NCBI GenBank assembly: GCA_017499595.2
Contig: CM038998.1
Location: 2,666,001-2,730,000, forward strand
Source of the DNA: Psilocybe cubensis
Taxonomy: Eukaryota
DNA: 64,000 nucleotides
Reading direction: 5' to 3'
Of the stretch, positions 55,207 through 64,000 are shown piece by piece. Both the position numbers and the translations under genes were made by a program. The stretch's first letter is position 1, and each line of letters starts with the position of its first letter. The notes below the pieces were generated by a model that did no database searches, had not been told where the DNA came from, and was given only the letters and a program-made list of their open reading frames with translations.

Positions 55207-56769
55207 TCAGATTTGTACAAACTCTAAAGTGTCACAGATCCTCACCCGAGGGATTTGAAACACAGGTTTGGGGCGCAACCCACGAAGGACCACAGCCGTT
55301 AGTTCGGATGAATAAAAATTGATGGGAAGTTCAGGCCTTGGCTTCGAAAGAAAATCAACTGTGGTTGACACCAAATCACGAGGCAAAGGCGCTGCCCCCC
55401 TCTTCTTCATCCCAGTAGTATATTCCGATGTATAGTGTTTGTCGATGAAATGGAAAACCTAAGTTTGCATGATTAATTGATGTTCCTCCGACGAATAGTG
55501 ACCTAAACGTTGACATACTGCAGATACGGCAGGGGAGATCCAATGCCGCCTGATACGCCTTATACCTTTAACCAGCGGTGGGCGACATTCTCCTTCAGAT
55601 TCATCCGAGCTTATGTCCTCATTCATGAAATGGGCATAGAACTTCTGAATTGACCGCCATAAATCACGAGCTTCGTCGTCCGCCGCCAGCATTAATTGTT
55701 CCTCTATGATTTCAAAGCGACGAATATACCTCTGTCAATAAAGTTAGAAAAAAAGGACAGAGAAAAAGAAAACGTCACTGACGATGTTTCTTCGCTCTCT
55801 GCGTCGGTTGCGCCTATCATTTTCGATCTTGAGCTTTTTGACTTGAGCACGCAATTCGATATCTGTAAGTGCAACAGACGTTGGCGTAGGCCTCTGCATC
55901 CTGTGGGCCCGTCTTATAGCAGCCTGCATTCCCTGTCGTCTAGCATCCAGCTTCTTTTCCAGAATCTGCCTCACACTGTTAGGGGACACAGTGGCATCTA
56001 GGATTTCCAATATGTTGGTATCTGCCCCGATACTTTGTTTCAGCAACTGGGTTAATTCGAGAAGCTTTTTTCCCTTGGCATAATGTGGGAAGTCGTCGAG
56101 AAGATGATTGAGCACTTGTTGGTTCCATGGGTGCGACATAGGACTGGTCCACAAGATCAATGGGTTGTGTCGATGCGGTCCCGTGTTAGTTTGCATTGCC
56201 ATGAATGATTTGACAGCAGAATCATCGGGGGAGGTAGGGAAAGACGGAAGGGGGTCGTTCTCATCCTCGTTACGGTGATCTCCTTGACCATCTTGTTTAA
56301 TTAGTTTCTTGTCGGTAAGAAACGCCCGTATAAGCGACTGTAATAAATAGTTTAATAACCGGACGTAATTTATGAGGTCAAACTCACATGAACTACATTT
56401 TCCTCCTTGCTTTTTATGCCGCGTTTCGCAGCAGGTGGGCGCCGCATCCTCACATCCACCTCTCCCCCCTCTACTGATAACTCCACCGCTACTTCCTCCT
56501 TGTGCTGATCCACGTCTACGTGCATCGCATTTGCTCTGGTTTCTATCAATTTGAGGGTCCTGATTTAGAAAAGAAACTTCATCTTACTCGTTGGAATCTG
56601 GCGCTGTGCCATGTGCAGGTCGTAAAGGTTCGACGTCGGATGGAGTTGGATCATCCTCCCAGAGTGGGAAAGAAGGTCGCGCCCACTGCAATGGCATTTG
56701 TGATTGAAGTGGGGATGAAGGCGTACAACATGGATGTTTATAATGTTTATCAAATGTATTCCCGGGCAT
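55207..56769 (-). pseudogene. CACTA-type companion ORF ('SSDES...LPINFY' family), probably disrupted
   Basis: HPWNQQV, RRNRRRERR, DISSDESE, RIRRHWISP, RPELPINFYS; in-frame TAA at ~56585 and an apparent frameshift in a G-run; the link to CACTA is from my recollection of this family. Confidence 0.55.
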
Positions 56770-57059
56770 CTTGCTCCTTTGCCAAATTATTGTTTTTGCT
56801 TTTTGCATCGGTGGTGGAACAATGACTACCGAGGGAACCTTGTTATTAATGGGGCTGGTTATTCGCCTTTGTCACCGTGATCAACCCTTTGTCTTCTTCT
56901 GGCCGCATACTATTGTTGGCACCCTGGAGACCAAAGTTTTCATGAGGCTATAATCTGTAGAGTGCAGTTGTCCAATTTCAAGAATGAGCTGAACAGATTG
57001 GGTTATCAGATGTGATAATGACGTTTTCATGGTTGTTCTCTTTATTGTACTACATATAA

Positions 57060-57871
57060 TTACTATCTGGTCGCCACTCTGAGAAAACCTACAGTTCCCA
57101 ACAGTAACCGAATCAAGCATGGGTCGATGCACCCATTACTGGGCTCCGCAATTGGTTTGTGGCTGCTTGGATGTATTATCTTCAAATTTTAAAAGAGGTT
57201 CAATCAATCCGAGTTCAATTAGCATCTGTGTGTAAGTCTCACCTGAGCTGTATCGGACCCCAACATGGCTTTCAAGTCGCCAATCACGATCCCAACTGCG
57301 TGGTGATACGTTATCTCCATCTCGTCGAGATATTCCGTGCAGTAATCGCGTGCGTTGTTGTAGAGTCTAACTTTGATGCAAGCTCGGCTGTTCACATTGG
57401 TTGGTGCCAGCAGCTGAATCTCACTGTCTACCTCCATGTCAAAATCTTCGGCTTCAGGTTCATCCTTCTGAAAAGATATGAAGTGCAGTGTGTCAGACTA
57501 GCCGTTACTTAGAAACTAGGGCGTACAGGGCTTGCCAATCATACCAGCCGAGTCAGGTGCGTTAATATGCTATCAATGTAGTCCTGTTTGATATGGGTTG
57601 GTCGATGAACACCGCCGCTCTTTTCAACGTGAAGACCAAACATAGCACATATACGCTTGAGCGCCGCCACTTTTACGCCTTGAAGACTCCCTAGACTGTG
57701 GTCGAAGTTGTCACCAAATTCTTCGCACAGCGCCTATGAAAAACCGACATTTTAATACTGTAATTAATTGATGTATGACGCCGCTATTGCGAATACCTTT
57801 CTGAAAACCTCAATTTCATTCTTCAATCGTTTTATGCCATCTATTTGGGCTTCGTGGTGTTTGCGTTTCAT
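57060..57871 (-). CDS. Hypothetical protein with a SAP/HEH-like motif; 3' end uncertain
   Basis: MKRKHHEAQIDG..FRK|ALCEEF..LQGVKVAALKRICAMFGLHV..IKQDYIDSIL. Confidence 0.4.
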
Positions 57872-58761
57872 GGCTTCTCCCGGTCAGAGGTAGATACTGG
57901 TTTGATGAAATCAATGATAACGAACAATCAGCCGGGGAACCTTCCTTTTGCTCAACAATTTTGAGCTCCGCTGCTTCGTCAGAAAATCCTCGCCCGGATC
58001 CAAGCCTTTGATTGATCATGATTCATGAGTAGCGTGCACGTACAACACCTAACCTAACAAAGATCCCTTACGTAAATTACGGTTTACAGACAAACTTGCT
58101 GAAGGATCACTAAGAAATTTCTTGTGTTAATCAGCAGTTTCTTAGTGGGAGGGTTTAAAAAGATGGCGGTTTGCTATGTATATTGTTGAATATTGTTGAG
58201 GCAATGCTGAAGTAGAACCTAGACTTGTTGCACGTAACGCCCTCATGATCACGCCCTCATGATCACACGACTTTCACATAGTCTTGGCTTGGCACAGGAA
58301 GAACCCTCCCTGTGGCTCCCTATCTATTTTCACTCCTTGTTCTATATCCGGTATTGGACAACTGGCATCCGGCCTACCTCCATTCCACTTTAAGTTATTA
58401 TTAGCTATCCTTTGATCCCCCTTCGTGCTTGAGGCTCAAAATACAACGTGTCCAGTCAACCCAAACAGTTGCGCGACTTCCATCGGCTCCGCTGCTACGG
58501 TTCCGGGCCACCTTTGAAAATCATTTTGACAACGAAGCAGCCGGTCTGGCTCTCATATGTTACAGTTATAAATTGTGGATCCTGATCAGGGCTTATTGCA
58601 TTGTGTTTTATTACGTCTTTGTTGTAGCACTGTCGTTCATTACGTCCGATAAAAACTACGGCCAGTCACGCGATTTTCACAATTGACACGTTGGGAAGCC
58701 ACCCCGCAGCGTTTCAAACACTTTAAAGCAGAGCAACCAAAACAATTGTCTGGACTCCAAG

Positions 58762-59352
58762 ATGACGCCTATCACATATGGACTTAACACTGTGTTTCCC
58801 ATGCCTTCGCGCACACCGGCGCCCATATTCTGTACACTGGTGGTGGGCGACTTAACCAGCAACCAATCCGATTGTCCTGCCGTGGACTCCCATAATGTGG
58901 CATATTGGCAGCAGGCGTCAACCCATAGTTTGATACCTAGGCCTAAGGGTCAGGCCGGGTCTCCAAGTAGGGGCGGATATAACCTACAAGAAGTGCTTGG
59001 ATGGCCTCCCTCTCTATACAAAGAGGTCCAAGTAAGGACGACTTTTGTTTTGTTTGTTTAAACATTTCTAATTTCTCCCAACCTTGAAGGTTTTTATTCA
59101 GGATCAGGCAAGATCATGCCTTCTGAATAACTCTTTGCGACAAGGTAGAACGATCACGCAACAGCCATCCGATGTTGTCAAGCACATTTTGGACGAGGTA
59201 CGTGATCTACGTGATGAATACCGTAGGTTTACATTCACACTGCTACACAGGCATATAATAGATTCCAACATCTGGCCAGATATGAGCACAATTGGCCTTG
59301 TTTGGATATGCTAAAAACATTTCTTTCCAATGCGTCGACGGGGAAAAGATAA
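58762..59352 (+). CDS. 'IPRP..GGYNL..LGW / YExxW..LxN' family protein, paralogue 2 (3 exons)
   Basis: LIPRPKGQAGSPSRGGYNLQEVLGWPPSLYKEVQ|VFIQDQA..ITQQ..DE|AYNRFQHLARYEHNWPCLDMLKTFLSN. Confidence 0.7.
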
Positions 59353-59803
59353 TAAGAACAACGTCTTAACTTAAATAGGAATGGTCAAAAGAATAACAAA
59401 ATTAAAGTCTACAGTATATGGTTGATGGAAACCGGTGACCCTAAGCTGAGCACCAGAAGCCAATTGGTGGAAGTTCCATGTTTGAATTAGAGCGCAAATA
59501 AGCATAAGCCTACTCGGAGCCGTGTCTACTAGGCGATTAGTTAGGCTGTAAATGTTGTTATGGCGGGGCTGCCAATAGAAGTCATTGACACAGGCTCCAC
59601 CCACGAAACAACGCTTATTGTTAGGCGCCCTGGTGGGAAAGATGATTAAGTACCCGTCATATCTGTCATATTTGACAGCGATGACATATAGTAGGATCAA
59701 CGACGGTCTTTAATTGTTCAGTTTTGTATAAAATTCCGGTAAGGTTCACATTGGAAAAATACCACATATCATTTCTCTGCTGTTGGTTGATCTTACTTTC
59801 CCA

Positions 59804-61167
59804 ATGAAACGACCGCAATCATCAACCGCCATTACCAATCATGTGAGAGCTCTATGATGTGCTTCTGGGGTCGGTGTTGACTTCATTTTTCTGGCAGACA
59901 CTTGGACTCAAACTTCAAAATGTCTACCACGCAGAAGGCTCCGGAGAATTCACTGAGATTAAATTACAGCCAGCAGGGCGCTTACTGGCAGTTTGTGGTC
60001 CGTACCCATACCTCTTATCTGTGATATAACATAACCAAGTAAACGCTTGAAGATAACGACGGTGGATTGTTTATCTACAACATTTCTGATGCCGATCTCA
60101 CCGACCTTGCCACTATGCGACCAAACCTGAAGTGCGACGCTGTATCATCTTTCCTTTGGATAAACGATAATGTCATCGCTGTGGGAGGCACTGGTGGAGG
60201 AATATTCCTGCTTAAAGTACAGGACAATCCGGTAATTTATCGAGCTGCCTTTCCAGTGTTGGTCCTTAACTTGCCGGTTTTTATTAGCAATTTTTGGCAG
60301 AAATTTGCAACACGCATGCCGACAGAAACGGAGTGTGCACACGCCCCATTCAGTCCATGGACTACTGTCCGCAAACAAGAAAATTGACCGCCTTCAACGG
60401 GGTTTGGGTTCGGTCGTGGATCGTTACTCGATCGGTCATATATGGTCTGTCTTGCATAGTATCACACCGTTCAGTATCTGAACTTAACATAGGCACAACA
60501 CGATTAATCCCCTCTTCGACATACCATGGGATTTGTGTCACAAATTTTCGCATCAATCAAAAACTCTGTACGTTGGAGGGCGGCAAATACATTCTATGTC
60601 CCTCCTACGCCAAAGAAAATATGGTCGATATTTATAACAGTGTGAATTGCAGGATGGTTGGGGCGCTCGCAGTTCCAGGTATTTGGCCTGATATTCTATG
60701 CAATATGCTTCTCAGTGATGCCATGAGATTCAGACTTTAACCGCGGCGTAGTTAGGGCCGTACATGTCTGTAAAATCAGTTCATTCTTATCAACGTGTTT
60801 TGACATCATCTTCTTAGTCAACGACTAATGGTTTGGGAGATAAATATGTTGCCTGCATCTGCCAAAATTATGATGAGGCAGCAACCATCTGTGTTTGGAC
60901 GGTATGTACATTTATACATTGTTCAATTTGCGTATCATGGTATAATGTTTCATTAAGGACAAGGAATACCGGCCACGACAGGGCCATGGATATAAAGCAC
61001 TAAATATTTTTATAGTGCTGTTCATCATCCTTCACGCGGCAGTGCTGATGGGCACCCTGGATACCCTACATACTGGGCACCCTTCTTTATGCCACCAACT
61101 TCTCTCGACTGATGCCATAATATCTGAGTCCAATATCGATGGATCGCGTGCCATACTTGCTGCTTAG
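59804..61167 (+). CDS. Divergent WD40 protein with C-terminal TM anchor (copy 3), internally shortened relative to copy 1
   Basis: Intron positions shared with copy 1; VSSFLWINDNVIAVGG, PIQSMDYC, VWT|..ALNIFIVLFIILHAAVLMGTL..*. Confidence 0.6.
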
Positions 61168-61325
61168 GCCTTGATGGTTTAATTGTTCACTATGTCTAGT
61201 TATGTGTAATTAGGATCCTGAGCTGTATACAGTACACACATAAAGGTGTTGCAATGTCATTCTCTGTAATTTTTCATCCTCCACCTATCTTGTGACAACC
61301 CCACCAAGACTTGAAGCCTCCTAGA

Positions 61326-61539
61326 CCTAGGAGTTTGCAAAAGGCAAAAGCGCCCTGATACGTACTGCAACATTTCATGGACGGGCAAATTTTTTAATTT
61401 TGAGTACATGATTTAGACGTATGTACCACATAATTACACAGTTCCTATCATAAGTTGACAGATTGGGAGTGAAGTGTCAAATTTATGATCGAAGCTCTTC
61501 CAATGTGCTGAAGAGGCTCAGGCCGCATCTGACATCCTG
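61326..61539 (+). repeat. Dispersed direct repeat B, copy 2
   Basis: Matches 51290-51500. Confidence 0.92.
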
Positions 61540-63719
61540 GGGGATTAACGTGTGATACCGATATGCGGATGAGTACGAATGTTACTATGTAGATGCACAG
61601 AATTGTGAGGACAAGTGTTGTATCCTTGGATATCACCTCAGTCAGGGCGCGTCAAACCACAGTGAGGACGAGTGCATTGCCAACCGACAGATGCAGCGGT
61701 CCAAGTGTAATGACGAGTGTGAGCCCAATGGTCTCATCACAGCAGTCCGACAAGGTAGGGGTATGAACTCGTTCATGGGAACCCGGTGGGCTAGGTACCT
61801 TTGTGAGCCATTACGGAAATCAATAGTCGGGCGTTCTGCAGCACACAGAGCAGATGAAGCCGAAGGACATTTAACCACTCTGTGCAAACCATACTTTGGA
61901 GACAGATCTGGCCAGTGATGGGGCCCCGTCTGACGCAGAATAGCGCAAAAGCCAACACAAGGATGCGGGGTGTTTATGCATTTTCTTGAGCACGTCGTTC
62001 GGCTGCGGCGCGTGGATGGCAATGTACCATGCAATTTAGGGTGCATGACCAAAGCGCATAAACTGTGCCGGGGACCCGCGTAGCGAGTTTGATGGGTCGA
62101 TGGAGCGCGGTTCCATTTCGAACCGAGGATTATTCCACGGGTGAGGAGAGTCCCAAGCAATCGGCGCCATCGTTGACATACAGCACCTAGAGTAAGAACA
62201 TCCTTGGGGGGGGGGGGGAGTGTTAATCACTATCTCCAGACATTTGGGCATGGACAAGATGCTGCTCTCAATGGGCACCATGCTAAAGATCTCAACAGCC
62301 AAACACATGTTCTTCAACATAGACACAAATTGCGTAAATCACTCAACCCACCAAAGTCCGGAACGTCAGCATGCAATTCGCTTTCGAAAGACCTCACACG
62401 TGCGGGTACAGGACCAAGAACGGTAAATAAACTGATAGTGAAGAGGCCATTAAGGGCGGTCAGCGGTCAAAGAAGCACTTGTCGACGAGCTAAGTGTATG
62501 TAGTCAGTACGTGTTGGACAGTTCAATCTCCGCTCAAAACCTTCAAGCTTCAATCTAAGCTTCAGCGCTTCAGCGTTTCAGCTTCGCCTCCCTAGTCATT
62601 GTCACTCTCCATTGGCTGCTTTTGCGTCTTCCCAGAATGAGCATCCCCTATCGGCATCGTCACATTCTCCCCATATTTCCTCACACGGAAAGTCCTACTC
62701 ACCAGGAGCCACAGAGGCTCTCGAAATCATCTTTCAACCCTGTACACTGACACGCACACAGCAGGACATGTCCCCTGACCGACACTTACGCTCTGCAAGC
62801 CACAATCACAAACCCTACTTTTCCTCCCCTTTCCGCGACCTCTATGACTATCGATGCTCGCCGCAGAGTTTACCACGCAGGAGTGGTCCCTACACACGTC
62901 GTCTGTGCCTCGTTGACGACGGCCAGTACTGCGAGGATGAGAGTGAGCGGAGTATGCTGTCACTATTTATGCCTCACGTTCATTCCCTTCGATGGTCCGA
63001 CACGAAATAGGTAGGACGTCGAGAAGCTCACGGTGCGTTTCACTGCAATGACACCGGGCAGATAACGTTCGTCAGACTTTTTTTTCTTTCGGCTGCATGT
63101 CCCACTCATCTCTTTCGACCCCGTACACCGCCTGAAACCCAACCATTGACCTTAGAATACTTGGTGCAAATGCATTATCTCCAACCTCTCCCACATCACT
63201 CTCACACCCGCATTCTCCCACTCTTGCGTTCATAACCTAGACCACGGTACGCTCCTCCCTTGGTTCTCAGAAGAAGGCTCGACAGCACAATGCGCAATGT
63301 GTTCGATTACTTTCTTGATGGACTCGCAGACAGACGCGGTAATGGACACCGACGACGAAGAGTGAGAACGCACCTCCTCCCTTCGAACACCCTAATAATG
63401 AGTCGTAGGGATGCTGTATGCTAGTATATAAACTTGTTTGAGTGTTAACCTACTATCCATGACTCTCAGGTGTGTTTGGCCCAAACGACGTGCACCAAGC
63501 CACCTGTGATAGTCGAGTCCCATTACCCGTAGAGGATAATCTCACAAGGACTATGCACACCAGAGGAGTGTGGTTACCCTTGAAGCACCTCAATTCTGTG
63601 AGTATGTTCTATTTCTGCTGTCAGTGTCGCCTCTTGAATTGAGCATTTTAAGGCTCCGGTGCTACCGACAAGATTCTTGAGATTCCATATTGGATGCGCT
63701 CAAATGACAAATTATAGGA

Positions 63720-63940
63720 CAAGACGGTGGACACATTCCACGGTTTATCAGCTCTGGAAGGCTGCTACAACACAACAGAAACGTTGAAATCCTTCGCGAT
63801 AGAAGCGCATACGTCCGACGCGTTAGTCAGCTTCATCAAACAGAATGGATTGGCACATGAAGTTGATTTGGTCGAGGGTGGAAATTTGACGTTGTTGAAA
63901 GACAAAACAGGAGAGCAGGCTTTTCGGGATGACTGAGAGA
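63720..63940 (+). pseudogene. Fragment resembling a fungal FAD-dependent oxidoreductase (DAO-like)
   Basis: KSFAIEAHTSDALVSFIKQNGLAHEVDLVEGG resembles that family from memory; stops follow. Confidence 0.35.
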
Positions 63941-64000
63941 GAGGGTCAAGAGCGCTGGGTTGAGTGAATAGACAACGAGGAGCTGAGCAAGGTCAGCCCA

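Noticed and set aside
61642-63010. ORFs at 61.6-63.0 kb
   Set aside because: No recognisable motif or consistent exon chain, so they were not called.

Overview
Eukaryotic, intron-rich DNA (short ~50-nt GT-AG introns), most likely from an Agaricomycete mushroom. The first ~14.3 kb is a compact housekeeping block: the 3' end of an unknown gene, HapX, eIF3b/PRT1, a Git1-like MFS permease, a mitochondrion-targeted protein and SPB1. From ~14.5 kb to the window end the DNA is an accessory, transposon-dominated region. It holds an apparently intact CACTA/En-Spm (Tnp2-type) transposase (17.4-21.1 kb), with a candidate CACTA left end at 14462 and a decayed CACTA-type companion ORF at 55-56.8 kb. Between and around these lie a complete TET/JBP 2OG-Fe(II) dioxygenase, three WD40 propeller genes with C-terminal membrane anchors, a convergent pair of F-box paralogues plus F-box pseudogenes, a RING/coiled-coil gene, two paralogous 'YExxW..LxN' genes, two hidden <60-aa signal-peptide ORFs, LINE fragments and several dispersed duplications. 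Main hypothesis (inference): a giant, cargo-carrying CACTA element with DNA-demethylation and ubiquitin-ligase-like cargo. No right terminus or target-site duplication is visible in the window. All gene models were spliced by eye, so boundaries are approximate.
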